This document shows, in pieces, positions 16,199 through 26,744 of a stretch of 64,000 nt of DNA. Each line of letters begins with the position of its first letter. Position 1 is the stretch's first letter. The translations under genes were made by a program, and so were the position numbers. Below the pieces are notes generated by a model. The model was not told the DNA's origin. It did no database searches and worked only from the letters and a program-made list of their open reading frames with translations. The DNA comes from Candidatus Falkowbacteria bacterium RIFOXYC2_FULL_36_12. Its GTDB lineage: Bacteria; Patescibacteriota; Patescibacteriia; UBA11705. The stretch covers positions 5,152-69,151 of the forward strand of contig MFGJ01000001.1 in the NCBI GenBank assembly GCA_001778235.1, in the 5' to 3' direction.

Positions 16199-18007
16199 AT
16201 GACTAAATTTGAACAATTTTATCGTGAAGCACTTCGAGATTTAAAAAAATTAATTCAGAGATTTCCTCTTGCAATGCTGGCAGCGGTAGCAAGTGTTGTT
16301 CTCGGGATTATTGGTATTGAGATTGAACAATCGGGCAAAGAGGTGCCACTTGGTTTGATGTACACCCTCATGTCTTTGGTTTTGACTTTCCCGATGTTTG
16401 TCTTGGCTGAACTTATTTCAGAGAGTCTTAACTGGGATGTGACAAAAAAATATCTATTAAAATTGGTGCCAATCTTAATTGGTGTGGTGTACTTTTTCTC
16501 GCTGATGCTACCCTACCAGGAAATATCAGAAAGGCAAGGAATTGAGTTTTTCTTACTAAATGTTATTTTTTATTTCTTGATTTTGGTTGCACCCTTTATA
16601 AACAATAATTTCCGTTCTAAATTATGGAACTTTAGTAAACAAATTATTATAAGATTATTTTTTTCAGTTCTCTTCACTGGAGTAATTTTTGCAGGTGTTT
16701 CTCTGGCTATCACTGCAGTGCAATATTTATTTGAACTGAAAATTGACAATGAGATATTTATAGAAATCTGGATTTCTGCAGTTGGATTATTTGGGATAAA
16801 TTTTCTTTTGGCTGGTGTGCCAACGCTAAAAGAAATGAATGATGAAATTGACTATCCGAAATTATTGAAAGTGTGTGTTCAGTATATTTTATTACCATTA
16901 CTGGCAGTTTATGGAATAATTTTGTATGTTTATACTCTAAGAATTATTTTCACATCTGCTTGGCCGAAGGAAGGTGTTGTCCAGTGGGTCATGGTTTATG
17001 GAATTGGAGGATTTGTAACTTTTGCCCTAGCAAAACCTTTAACAATGCATGTTAAATTATTAAAAAAAATATTTACTGGTTTTTTTATTTCAGTTTTACC
17101 ACTGCTCATAGTCTATTTTTCAGCTATTGGTATTCGAATTTCTGAATATGGAGTGACAGTTGACCGTTACCTTGTTGTATTGTTTGGACTTTGGTTAATC
17201 CCTGTTACATTTTATTATTTATTAAGTAGGAAAAAACACCTACACTGGTTAATTGGCTCTGTTGTAATCTGTGTTTTGATCTTCCTGTATGGTCCATGGA
17301 ATGGGTATAATATTTCTTTTAACAGCCAGGTACAAAGATTGGAAAACTTATTAATAAAAAACAATCTTCTGATTGATGGGAAACTACAGAAAGCTCCTGA
17401 CAATTTTTCTATCTCTGAATATACTGAAATTGAATCGATCTCTCGATATTTATATCGAAGTTATGAGGTAGAAAAGATTAACAAATGGCTTGGCGAAGAA
17501 AATGTTGAACTTATTAATAAAAATATTCTACAAAAAAATGGTAAAACATATTATGCACATTCAAGGGCTTTTCTTCAGGCAATTAATTTAATAAAAATAG
17601 ATAGTGTTATTGATAAACCTGCGATACTGTTTAGCTATCAACCTGAATCCGATGTCTTCCCAGTTGCAACATATGATTATGTCTATTCATTTCAAGGTTT
17701 AAGTGATGATGCAGTAAGGTTTCCTGAAAAGTTTTACAGAGATACGATCTCAACATCATTAACAACAAATGAATTGCTTATAATGAAAAATTCGAACATC
17801 TTAATTGAGATAAACCTAACGGATATAGCTTATAAATTGATTAAAAAATCTACCCCTTACAATATCCCGATTGATGATATGATTATCTACGCGAGCAATG
17901 AAAAGATTGAGATCAAACTGCTTCTAAGTAATTTACAATTTAGCCTTGATAATGAACGACCTCTAATTAAAACCGTGAGTGGATTGGTTGCTTTCTCACT
18001 GAAATAA
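16199..18007 (+). CDS. Large polytopic membrane protein (about 10-12 TM) with a C-terminal soluble domain; function unknown, possibly envelope or glycan related.
   Basis: 602 aa with long hydrophobic helices through residue ~370, then a hydrophilic C-terminal domain. It sits within the glycosylation locus. Confidence 0.45.
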   Translation: MTKFEQFYREALRDLKKLIQRFPLAMLAAVASVVLGIIGIEIEQSGKEVPLGLMYTLMSLVLTFPMFVLAELISESLNWDVTKKYLLKLVPILIGVVYFFSLMLPYQEISERQGIEFFLLNVIFYFLILVAPFINNNFRSKLWNFSKQIIIRLFFSVLFTGVIFAGVSLAITAVQYLFELKIDNEIFIEIWISAVGLFGINFLLAGVPTLKEMNDEIDYPKLLKVCVQYILLPLLAVYGIILYVYTLRIIFTSAWPKEGVVQWVMVYGIGGFVTFALAKPLTMHVKLLKKIFTGFFISVLPLLIVYFSAIGIRISEYGVTVDRYLVVLFGLWLIPVTFYYLLSRKKHLHWLIGSVVICVLIFLYGPWNGYNISFNSQVQRLENLLIKNNLLIDGKLQKAPDNFSISEYTEIESISRYLYRSYEVEKINKWLGEENVELINKNILQKNGKTYYAHSRAFLQAINLIKIDSVIDKPAILFSYQPESDVFPVATYDYVYSFQGLSDDAVRFPEKFYRDTISTSLTTNELLIMKNSNILIEINLTDIAYKLIKKSTPYNIPIDDMIIYASNEKIEIKLLLSNLQFSLDNERPLIKTVSGLVAFSLK

Positions 18008-18039
18008 TACTTAAAAGCTTACCAGTTATTGGTGAGCTT

Positions 18040-18660
18040 TTTTATTATTTGGACATAAATCATCAGCGACAGCTGGTGTGTGTGCTTAAAAGCGCAGCAA
18101 TTGAAAGTAGTGGTTAGCGGTGTAATTTAAATGTAAGTGGTTGATGTTGCTAAAGCAAGTTTTTTTTAGAATAAGTGATTGATAAAGCTTCGCTTGACAC
18201 TTTTTGATGGCAAAAAGTGTCCAAAAACCATTGGGGGCTTTAATTGCTACTTTTGAACACTATTTTGTGTTTTGAACACGGCAAGAAAGCCCCCAAACCC
18301 GAGGTTTACCATGTTCGTGGGGTTTAAAGTTAGTGATTGGTTTTGCTAAAGCAGGTTTTTTGAAAAAAGTGATTGATTGCCTGCCTACCCTGCCTACCGG
18401 CAGGCAGGCGGCAGGCAGGCAAAAAGGACGAACCGCCTACACTAAAGTTTCGGCGGTCAAGAAAGTTTTGGGGGTTTTAAAACAAATGCTTTTGAACATC
18501 TTCGTGTGGTTCATGACCGCGATAAACCCCCCAAACACCGAGGCTATTCATCTTAGGTGTTTTGAAATTAAATAAATGATTTTTTTGATTGATATTGCTA
18601 AAGCAAGCTTTTTTTGACCTGTGAGATAGAAACTACCTCCGTGAGCTGATGGTTTTTTAT
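18040..18660. repeat. Dispersed hairpin-rich repeat element, copy 2, containing two internal modules.
   Basis: Two modules each have GCTAAAGCA-GTTTTTT, GTGATTGAT, a hairpin, a GGGGG...CCCCC long stem, then ACCGAGG. Hairpins: GACACTTTTTGATGGCAAAAAGTGTC, then CCTGCCTACCCTGCCTACCGGCAGGCAGGCGGCAGGCAGG. Stems: GGGGGCTTT...AAAGCCCCC and GGGGGTTT...AAACCCCCC. ACCATGTTCGTGGGG and the flanking GATAGAAACTACC motif match copy 1. Track ORF 18333..18575 inside it is probably spurious. Confidence 0.7.
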
Positions 18661-18754
18661 TTGGAAAAATGTTTTATTTTTGCTAAAATACAAGTATTAA
18701 TATAATAATCTTATTGATTCCGTAACAAGTACGGAATAGACAGACAGAGAGTGT

Positions 18755-19870
18755 ATGAAAATTGCTATTGATGCGAGAATGTATGGGGAAAAACAGACAA
18801 CAGGGATTGGTCAGTATATTAAGCAAATTACTGATAATATTTTTCGGATTGATGAAGAAAATGAGTATATAATGTTCATGCGAGAGCCTGAATTTTCTAC
18901 ATATTTTCCACCAAGTCCAAGAGTAAAAAAAATTTTAGTAACTCCTCGCTGGTATACCTATGCTGAACAATTTAAATTGCCGTTTGAATTTGCCAAAGAA
19001 AAATTTGATCTGATTCATTATCCGCATTTTAATTCACCTATTTTTTTTAGAAAAAAGTCTGTGTGTACTATTCATGATGTCACACCTTTTCTTTTTCCAG
19101 GACATAGAATGAAATCAATTATTAGGCGCCTTGGATATCGAACTGTTTTTGCTGGGACTGTAAATAATGCTAAGAAAATAATCACTGTTTCCGAAAGCAC
19201 AAAAAACGGGATAATTAAGCATTTTAAAATAGATTCTGAAAAAATAAAAGTCATTTATGAAGGTGTGGATGAAAGGTTCAAAGTTACCGTGGAAAATGGT
19301 ATAATAAGTAGTGTAAAAAAGAGGTATAATATTACTGGACCTTTTATTCTTTTTGTAGGTGTTTGGCGCAATCATAAAAACATTGAAGGGCTGATTTCAG
19401 CTTATGAAATTCTCAAGAAAAAATATCATATCCGACAGAAATTAGTTCTGGCTGGACAGGAAGACAAGGACTATTCAAATATCAGAACAATGATTGAAAA
19501 TTCAGGTTACAAAGACTGCATTATTACTCCGGGATTTATTGAGAGCAAGGATTTGCCAAGCCTCTATAGCGGAGCTGATGTATTTGTTATCCCGTCATTC
19601 ATTGAAGGATTTGGCCTGATTGCTCTCGAAGCTCAAAAATGTGGCTGTCCAGTTGTAGCCAGCAATATTACAAGTTTGCCTGAAATTTTAGCTGATTCTG
19701 CCATATTGTTTGATCCGTATAACAAAAATCAGATGGCTGAAAAAATTTACACTATTTTGGATAATAAAAAATTACAACAAGAATTGAGAGAGAAAGGATT
19801 TCAGAATGTTGAAAGATTTTCTTGGGAAAAAGCTGCCAGAGAAACTATTGAAGTCTATACCGAGCGTTGA
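18755..19870 (+). CDS. Glycosyltransferase family 4 (group 1).
   Basis: MKIAIDARMYGEKQTTGIGQY start. C-terminal FVIPSFIEGFGLIALEAQKCGCPVVASNITSLPEILADSAILFDP. Confidence 0.8.
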   Translation: MKIAIDARMYGEKQTTGIGQYIKQITDNIFRIDEENEYIMFMREPEFSTYFPPSPRVKKILVTPRWYTYAEQFKLPFEFAKEKFDLIHYPHFNSPIFFRKKSVCTIHDVTPFLFPGHRMKSIIRRLGYRTVFAGTVNNAKKIITVSESTKNGIIKHFKIDSEKIKVIYEGVDERFKVTVENGIISSVKKRYNITGPFILFVGVWRNHKNIEGLISAYEILKKKYHIRQKLVLAGQEDKDYSNIRTMIENSGYKDCIITPGFIESKDLPSLYSGADVFVIPSFIEGFGLIALEAQKCGCPVVASNITSLPEILADSAILFDPYNKNQMAEKIYTILDNKKLQQELREKGFQNVERFSWEKAARETIEVYTER

Positions 19871-19912
19871 TGGAGACTGGGAAAATATTTATACAAAAAC
19901 AAATTTAATATC

Positions 19913-22450
19913 ATGCCGAGAAAAAAAGTAGAAACAAAAAAGAAAAACAATAAGACAAGAAAAACCAGTACAAAAGCAATGAAAGTTACTAGGGCAGAAA
20001 GAAAAGAGCTTGAGAAAACTGCTTTGTGTTTTGGTATTTCAGAAAAAGACATGGCGGATATTTTGGCAAACAGCACGATTAAAGAACAACATGAATTAAT
20101 AAAAGAATTAACAGATCAATTGCCAAGAGACGAAGCAATTGTTACTTCAAAAGATCCAAAGTGTAATAATATTGTGGTCCAAAATGTACGGAGCCGACAT
20201 GAACACTCACCTTTTGTTTTGAATCTGAAGAAAATGGCCCAAGAAAGAGAAGAAAAAATAAAGCGAAAACAATTTGTGGTTGAACGACTAAGAAAATTTT
20301 CCCATCCGATTGAGGCGTCAACAAGAATAATTCAAGATAAAGCTGAAAAATATACGCCTTCTAAAAATATTGTTACTGCTAAGCCTGACAACAAAAAAGC
20401 CAAGAGACAAAAACCAACAAAATTTATCAGCGACCAATTTAACAAAGGACCATTGCTACGATTACCAGCATTGTGGATGAAACCAGCCTTGGCTTTTGCA
20501 ATTGTGGCTGTGCTGGTAATTTTGCCGATCAAAGGATTTACATATGTAAATGATTTGATTGATAGCAAGGATAAAGTAGTAGCAGCATCAGAACAAGCCT
20601 TGGACGACCTAAAAACCGCCGGTCAATCTTTGTCAGAAAAAGATATTCTTTCTGCCAGTGAAAAATTTGCCAAAGCGGAAATCAATTTTGAATCTGCATC
20701 AGATGAATTGAAAAATGTTAACTCATACTTGGTGGCAGCAATAAAGATCGTACCAAAAGCTGGAAAATATTTCACGGACGCAGAAAGATTAACCGAAGCC
20801 GGAATGCAATCGGCTGAATTAGGTCAAGAAATGACTACAATTTTTGATAAGTTTTATTTACAAGAAAACACTCTAACTCTGACTGATAAAATAGTGACAC
20901 TAAAAGATGAATTGAATACTTCTTTACTACCAAAACTGCAGTCAATCACTACACTTCTGGCTCAAGTAGACCCAAAAATCCTGCCAGAAGAAAAGCAAGC
21001 TCAATTTATTGCGGTTCAAGACAACATTAGCTCAATCAACAAAGATATTGAAGAACTGGTAAGTTTCAGTAATGATCTAGTTGAAATACTCGGACAAAAT
21101 TACAAGAGACGATATTTATTTATATTTCAAAATAATAATGAACTCCGAGCAACTGGTGGATTTATGGGGAGTATGGCACTGGTTGATATTTATAATGGCA
21201 AGATACAAAATATTGAAATTCCGGGGGGTGGAACTTATGATTCAAAGGGGAGTTTGTTGAAACAGGTAAAATCACCAGATCCATTACATTTAATTAATGC
21301 AAAATGGGAACTCCAAGATGCTAATTGGTTTGCTGACTTCCCAACAACGGCGAAAAAAATTCAATGGTTTTATGAAAATTCTGACGGACCATCAGTTGAC
21401 GGTGTGATAGCAATCAATGCAACTTTACTGGAGAAAATATTAGAGAGTACACAACCAATTGCCATGCCAGAATATGGAAAAACAATTACCCCTGACAATT
21501 TTATTGCTGAAACCCAAAAATCAGTCGAGGTTGAATACGACAAAATTGAAAATAAACCTAAGCAGTTTATCGCTGATCTAGCACCAAAACTTCTGGAGCA
21601 AGTTTTCAATTCACAGCAAACTGATTTAGTCACGCTAGTAACCACACTGAAAAATGGCTTGAAAGAAAAAGAAATCCAACTTTATTTCAACAATGAAAAC
21701 TGGCAACAACGAATCAAGAACTATGATTGGTCTGGTGAAGTTAAATCAACTTCAAATGATTATTTATCAATCATTAATTCTAATATTGCTGGCGGGAAAA
21801 CTGATTTATTTATCGAGCAAACAATTGATCATACTTCTGAAATCCAGCCAGATGGGACAATTGTTGATTCAATCATTATAAAAAGAAAACACAATGGCGA
21901 CCAGCTTGATCCATTTTCAGGCGTAAGAAATGTAGACTATATGCGGGTATATGTTCCAGCAGGTAGCCAATTTATTTCAGCTGATGGCTTTGACCAACCG
22001 CCAGTACAATTATTTAAATCAGCTGAAGATTATTACCAAGATGATACATTATTAAACACATTAGAACAAAATAAAATGGTTGATCCTGAAACAGGAACAA
22101 TTATATATACTGAAAATGACAAGGCAGTATTCGGCAATTGGACGCAAACAGACCCAGGAGAAGAATCTATAATTAGCCTAAAATATAAACTGCCTTTCAA
22201 GATTGAACAGACAAATAGTAATTGGATTGGTGATTTGTTTTCAAAAGAAACATCAAAAGATTTTTATTCAATTTTTTATCAAAAACAGTCTGGTGCAATA
22301 AACACAAAAATAAATTCAAAAATCATTTTACCGAATAAACTAAAAGCTATTTGGTCTTATTCTGAAGATGAATTTAGTCCAATTAGCACTGAACAAAACT
22401 TTGAGCTTGAGAGCGACAAGATGAATGGCATTATAATTCAAGCACAGTAA
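19913..22450 (+). CDS. Large membrane-anchored extracytoplasmic protein, possibly DUF4012 family; cell-surface biogenesis.
   Basis: Lys-rich N-terminal tail, one TM (LAFAIVAVLVILPI), then a ~650-aa external domain containing RATGGFMGSMALVD, which I tentatively associate with DUF4012. Translationally adjacent to the next gene (stop 22450, next start 22453). Confidence 0.4.
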   Translation: MPRKKVETKKKNNKTRKTSTKAMKVTRAERKELEKTALCFGISEKDMADILANSTIKEQHELIKELTDQLPRDEAIVTSKDPKCNNIVVQNVRSRHEHSPFVLNLKKMAQEREEKIKRKQFVVERLRKFSHPIEASTRIIQDKAEKYTPSKNIVTAKPDNKKAKRQKPTKFISDQFNKGPLLRLPALWMKPALAFAIVAVLVILPIKGFTYVNDLIDSKDKVVAASEQALDDLKTAGQSLSEKDILSASEKFAKAEINFESASDELKNVNSYLVAAIKIVPKAGKYFTDAERLTEAGMQSAELGQEMTTIFDKFYLQENTLTLTDKIVTLKDELNTSLLPKLQSITTLLAQVDPKILPEEKQAQFIAVQDNISSINKDIEELVSFSNDLVEILGQNYKRRYLFIFQNNNELRATGGFMGSMALVDIYNGKIQNIEIPGGGTYDSKGSLLKQVKSPDPLHLINAKWELQDANWFADFPTTAKKIQWFYENSDGPSVDGVIAINATLLEKILESTQPIAMPEYGKTITPDNFIAETQKSVEVEYDKIENKPKQFIADLAPKLLEQVFNSQQTDLVTLVTTLKNGLKEKEIQLYFNNENWQQRIKNYDWSGEVKSTSNDYLSIINSNIAGGKTDLFIEQTIDHTSEIQPDGTIVDSIIIKRKHNGDQLDPFSGVRNVDYMRVYVPAGSQFISADGFDQPPVQLFKSAEDYYQDDTLLNTLEQNKMVDPETGTIIYTENDKAVFGNWTQTDPGEESIISLKYKLPFKIEQTNSNWIGDLFSKETSKDFYSIFYQKQSGAINTKINSKIILPNKLKAIWSYSEDEFSPISTEQNFELESDKMNGIIIQAQ

Positions 22451-22452
22451 TT

Positions 22453-24450
22453 ATGAGCAAGAGAAAAAAAAACAAGCATTTTTATAAAAGAAATTCAATT
22501 ACTGAAAAAACAAAAAATACTGGCGGAGCACCAACAGAATCAGGTTTTGATGAGACAAAAAAAGAAGGGGGAAAAAATCCTTTGGACTCCCTACACGAAA
22601 TTTTTGAAGAAAAAAAATCAGCTGAAGAAACATCTAATAAAAAAAATTCAAAGGACAAGGGTGAAAATAATATTTTAGCCCAGATAGTCAAGGAAGAAAG
22701 AAAAAAAAGAAAAGGCCGAATTGTTTTATTCGCCTCTATTTTTTTGTCTGTCTGCGCGCTGGCAACTGCATTTGGATTTGTCTATTTCAACACAATAAAT
22801 CCTTTTACCCAAGAGAAGATTGAAATGGCAATAAAGGGACCGGAAAAAGCTAAAATGGGCGAAGAGATTGATTATAAAATAATATATTTGAATTCAGGTA
22901 AAGTTGATATAAATAATGCAAAAATAATTTTATCAGAACCAAGTGGATTCCAATTAACCAGTTCAGCGCCGGAAATAGATGGTCATAGTTTTCATCTTGG
23001 TGACATAAAAAAAGGTGAAAAAGGCTATGTAGAACTGTCTGGGACTTTAATCGACTCACCTGAACAAGTTCAGACTCTGAAAGCAACTCTGATTTTTACA
23101 CCAAGTAATTTTTCTGCTGAATTTAGTATCAAGAGTGAACTTAGTATAGTGATTGAACCTCTTGATCTTGGTTTAGTTTTCAATACATTGCCAAACGCAG
23201 CGACCAATGAGGTGTTACAATTTGATATTGAATATAAAAATAATGAACTTTTTCCTATTGAAAATATAAAATTAAAATTTGTTGCACCTGAAACATTTAG
23301 TCTTGAGTCTACAACACCTGAATTCACTACCCCAGATGAAAAAGAATGGTCTTTGGGAAAACTGGATCCTGGCGATGAAGGTAAGATTGTAATAAAAGGA
23401 AAATTTACGGGCGAAAATCTTCAAGACAAAGAACCTCAAGAATTAAAAGTTCAACTACTTTTAATCAACAAGGAAGAACAAAATTATCAACAACAAGAAT
23501 TGATTCAACAAATACAGATTGTTGAACAGGCTATCAGCACAACACTGATAATTAATGGTTCCAATGAAGACCAAAATATCAATTACACTGATAATCTCCA
23601 ATTCACAGTCAATTATAAAAACAATGGTAAGGAAGAGTATAATAATCTTGCATTGTCAGTAATTATTGAGTCTGAACCGATTGAACTGTTGGACTGGGAG
23701 AAACTTGATGATGAGCTTTATGGCAGAGTAGAAAAAACAGACAAGGGTAAAAAGATAACATGGACTGGAAACCAAATTGATAATTTGGAAACTCTAGGAG
23801 CTGGAGAAAAAAACTCATTAAACTTCTCTTTGCCTCTCCGAGATTTGGAGATATTTACCTATAATGACCTTACAAAGGCAAAGCTAGTAATCTATTCACA
23901 AATAAATATTTCTGATACAAATAGAGCTTACCCAAACATTGAAAGCAATAAAATAACTTTGATGTTAAATTCTAATACAAATCTGCAAACAGAAGCGCGC
24001 TATTACTACACTGACGGCACCCCGATTGGGTCAGGTTCAATCCCTCCAAAATCAAATCAAGAAACAGAATATGTAATTTTTTGGGAGTTGAATAATGATT
24101 TACATGAAATTGAAAATATTACTATATCAACGACTTTACCTGACAAAGTTGAATGGCTAGATAAATATACATTAAATGTGGGAGAAATGTTCTATGCAGA
24201 TAATAATAGGGAAATTACTTGGACTTTAAATAGACTGCCTGTATCGGCTGAAAATCCAACTATAAACTTTCGCATTAAGCTCACTCCCGACACTAATGAT
24301 GTTGGTAAATTGATGAAATTATTAAACAATATAACTCTTAGAGCAACTGACACTGAAACTGGAGATATAATCAGTGAAACTTATGGAATTGTTTCGACCA
24401 ATCTTGAGAGTGATGAATTTGCAGTCGGTAAAGGAATTGTTACAGAATAA
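22453..24450 (+). CDS. Membrane-anchored surface protein with repeated beta-sandwich (DUF11 / conserved-repeat-domain-like) modules.
   Basis: Lys-rich N-terminus, TM (IVLFASIFLSVCALATAFGFVYF), then repeated modules such as LGKLDPGDEGKIVIKGKFTG and LKATLIFTPSNFSAEF. A terminator hairpin AACAGAGGACGCTGATCCTCTTTTTT follows at 24466-24492. Confidence 0.45.
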   Translation: MSKRKKNKHFYKRNSITEKTKNTGGAPTESGFDETKKEGGKNPLDSLHEIFEEKKSAEETSNKKNSKDKGENNILAQIVKEERKKRKGRIVLFASIFLSVCALATAFGFVYFNTINPFTQEKIEMAIKGPEKAKMGEEIDYKIIYLNSGKVDINNAKIILSEPSGFQLTSSAPEIDGHSFHLGDIKKGEKGYVELSGTLIDSPEQVQTLKATLIFTPSNFSAEFSIKSELSIVIEPLDLGLVFNTLPNAATNEVLQFDIEYKNNELFPIENIKLKFVAPETFSLESTTPEFTTPDEKEWSLGKLDPGDEGKIVIKGKFTGENLQDKEPQELKVQLLLINKEEQNYQQQELIQQIQIVEQAISTTLIINGSNEDQNINYTDNLQFTVNYKNNGKEEYNNLALSVIIESEPIELLDWEKLDDELYGRVEKTDKGKKITWTGNQIDNLETLGAGEKNSLNFSLPLRDLEIFTYNDLTKAKLVIYSQINISDTNRAYPNIESNKITLMLNSNTNLQTEARYYYTDGTPIGSGSIPPKSNQETEYVIFWELNNDLHEIENITISTTLPDKVEWLDKYTLNVGEMFYADNNREITWTLNRLPVSAENPTINFRIKLTPDTNDVGKLMKLLNNITLRATDTETGDIISETYGIVSTNLESDEFAVGKGIVTE

Positions 24451-24789
24451 ATTTTTTATAACAAAACAGAGGACGCTGATCCTCTTTTTTGTATTCTGCG
24501 AGAACATGGTCTCATCCGTAGTCCTCAAGATGTTTTTCTATTCCTTGACAAGCTTCTCCCTCCTCTCCAGGTTCTTTGAGTGGTAGACATACCCGATAAG
24601 GTATTTGTCACTATAATGACTTGGTATTATAACAAACCAATTTAGTTTTGTCAATAGCGATAAACAACATCTAGCAGTAGTTATTTTTGCCTAATTTTAG
24701 CTACTTATTCTGATTTTACTGCCTTCCCTAATTAATTTATGTCAACACCTATTGACATAAACCATTATCTATGATATACTTTTTTATAA

Positions 24790-25075
24790 TCAACAGATAG
24801 ATTTCCACCCCAATCCGGCCAAAACCGGGGAAGAGAGGAATTGTGAGTCAGCGGAGCAATGCCATTTTTCAAATGAGAAAAGAATTGATGATTAGGATTG
24901 TTCTGATGGCGATGCTCCAGAAAATTCTTCAAAGCGGTTTAGGGGATCAAGGCGGATTGTGTGATAGCAATAACAACCGTCATTCAGGTTTACAGATGGG
25001 TGTTTGTGGCCTTACAGATATCGTTCCCGGCATTTATCTGCAGATGTAGAGTCGCTCTAACAAGATCGTCTCTTT
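24790..25075 (+). ncRNA. Candidate structured ncRNA (unclassified), GC-rich relative to its surroundings.
   Basis: A TTGACA-N17-GATATACT promoter lies at about 24752-24782. The region is about 45% GC against about 30% for neighbours. It has a local hairpin CCGGCCAAAACCGG, long-range complementarity (CAATGCC at 24862 with GGCATT at 25029), and ends in the hairpin TAGAGTCGCTCTA plus a T-run. The track ORF 24843..25049 needs a GTG start and has no RBS. Confidence 0.25.
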
Positions 25076-25822
25076 TTAATTTGCTAAATTCCAAAGCATT
25101 TTATAAATTTCTCTAAAGCTCAAATTTATTATGCTGTCTTCAATTAAAACTGCTCGCGGTTTCCCCTTTAAGCTATTTATCCATAAAAAATTATCAAAAA
25201 GTGCAATCTCAACCTCTAAATTCATTTTTGTTTTCGGTATATATTTAGACTTAAATTGTTTATATTGTTTAGAAAAGTTAGTAATCTCTGGGATTGGAGA
25301 ATCAGACACTTGTATATGTTTATACTCTTGAATTTTTTTGATTAGTTTTGTATACACCTCTTCTTTTTCACTTGTTAATTCAAAATGCTTCGACACTGGT
25401 GCAATCGCAAAAAAATATTTATGAGTCGTTTTTACCAAATCATCTCTGAATGAATTTATTGCATCTTCACCCTCATAATAGCGAACACCAGGTCTATCTT
25501 TTTGTGCATTAAATATAGCTTCAAGACTTGGAAGTATTTTGTTAAATTCATTTTCCTTGAAAATGATTTCTGATTTTTCTCTTTCAATCAGTTTTTTTAC
25601 CTTTGATGGCTTTTCAGCAATAAAATAGGTTTTCTTGTCCATTGATACCTGTGACACCAGACCTCTATTTTTTAGCAAATCCAGCTGGACATAGGTTGTT
25701 GCCCTATTTACGCCTGCTTTAGTTGAAATTTGCTGGACCGTTGACTGCGCCAACTCCAAGGCAGCGAGGTAAACCTTGCCCTCTTTTTCACTTAATCCGA
25801 ATTCTTGTAATTCTTTTAACAT
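25076..25822 (-). CDS. TrmB-family transcriptional regulator.
   Basis: N-terminal winged HTH MLKELQEFGLSEKEGKVYLAALELAQSTVQQISTKAGVNRATTYVQLDLLKNRGLV, followed by a TrmB-like C-terminal domain. Confidence 0.7.
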   Translation of the reverse strand: MLKELQEFGLSEKEGKVYLAALELAQSTVQQISTKAGVNRATTYVQLDLLKNRGLVSQVSMDKKTYFIAEKPSKVKKLIEREKSEIIFKENEFNKILPSLEAIFNAQKDRPGVRYYEGEDAINSFRDDLVKTTHKYFFAIAPVSKHFELTSEKEEVYTKLIKKIQEYKHIQVSDSPIPEITNFSKQYKQFKSKYIPKTKMNLEVEIALFDNFLWINSLKGKPRAVLIEDSIINLSFREIYKMLWNLAN

Positions 25823-26586
25823 AAATTATCTATCGGTTCAGCTTCCTGCCATAAAATTTCAAACAATATTTTCATTGATGTGGCAAAAAACTTATCCTTA
25901 AAAATTATAATTTCTTTGTCTCTTAGAATAGTAACGACCTTCTGAGCAATCAAAAATTCACATGGAATATTGTACTTAACAAACGGTAAATATTTTATAA
26001 AAACCTTATCATTTTCCGTATTAAGTTTTTGTAGAAATTTATTTACTTGCTTTACCCTCGCAATTACAATCCCTTTATAAAGCTTAGTTGATTCTAAAAG
26101 TTTTTCTGCGTATGCCTTGTCTTTTTCATTCACTCTATCAATCTGTTTCAATTCTTCCCTATTGAATATACTGTAAATGAAGTCTGAGCGCATTGAGACC
26201 AAAAAATCACGGGCCATTTCAATATCCTTCAAATCATACTTACAAACACTGATTTTTTCTTCTTCAACACTATAGAGTGATTCAAGCTCTGGCATAATCA
26301 AATCCAATGTTAGTTTCCTGCGACGAATCTCCTGTTCCTGCGTCTGCCAGATATGACGCAATTTTTCAGGTTTTTCTGCTACCAGATAGGCTTTGCCATT
26401 TTTCTCTTCAGTCTTTATCAACCCTCGCGTAATCAGATTCCTGATGTGAGTATAAGCTGTTGTCCGGTTAATTTCAGCTTTTTCAGCAATCTTTTGGACA
26501 CTACAAAAGCCTAACTGCAGAGCGGCGAGATAGACTTCAGCTTCTTTTTCTGACAGACCTAACTGTAATAGATGATTTACTACCAT
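25816..26586 (-). CDS. TrmB-family transcriptional regulator; paralogue of the downstream gene, overlapping it by 7 bp.
   Basis: MVVNHLLQLGLSEKEAEVYLAALQLGFCSVQKIAEKAEINRTTAYTHIRNLITRGLI wHTH. Tandem arrangement with 25076..25822. Confidence 0.7.
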   Translation of the reverse strand: MVVNHLLQLGLSEKEAEVYLAALQLGFCSVQKIAEKAEINRTTAYTHIRNLITRGLIKTEEKNGKAYLVAEKPEKLRHIWQTQEQEIRRRKLTLDLIMPELESLYSVEEEKISVCKYDLKDIEMARDFLVSMRSDFIYSIFNREELKQIDRVNEKDKAYAEKLLESTKLYKGIVIARVKQVNKFLQKLNTENDKVFIKYLPFVKYNIPCEFLIAQKVVTILRDKEIIIFKDKFFATSMKILFEILWQEAEPIDNLC

Positions 26587-26744
26587 ATCTTATAGTACAA
26601 TTATAACATTTTGAAAGATAAAAAAAAGAGCACGGCCAAGTGCACTCTTTTTATCATTAATATGTATATGCAGGGGTCAACCAAATCTCTTACCTAGCAA
26701 GTATATCAATTTTGTCAACCAGTGTAAATGATTTTATACACATC

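Noticed and set aside
18333-18575. Track ORF (80 aa) inside the dispersed element.
   Set aside because: It lies within hairpin-rich repeat sequence with G/C homopolymer stems and has no RBS. It is more likely non-coding.
24843-25049. Track ORF of 68 aa.
   Set aside because: It needs a GTG start, has no RBS, and has an odd composition. The region is better explained as a GC-rich structured RNA, though a small protein is not excluded.
24790-25075. Identification as tmRNA, SRP RNA or 6S RNA.
   Set aside because: No tRNA-like ends or TTCGA.TCC T-arm, which argues against tmRNA. No GGAAGGAAGCAGC domain-IV motif, which argues against SRP. I could not match 6S features. Left unclassified.
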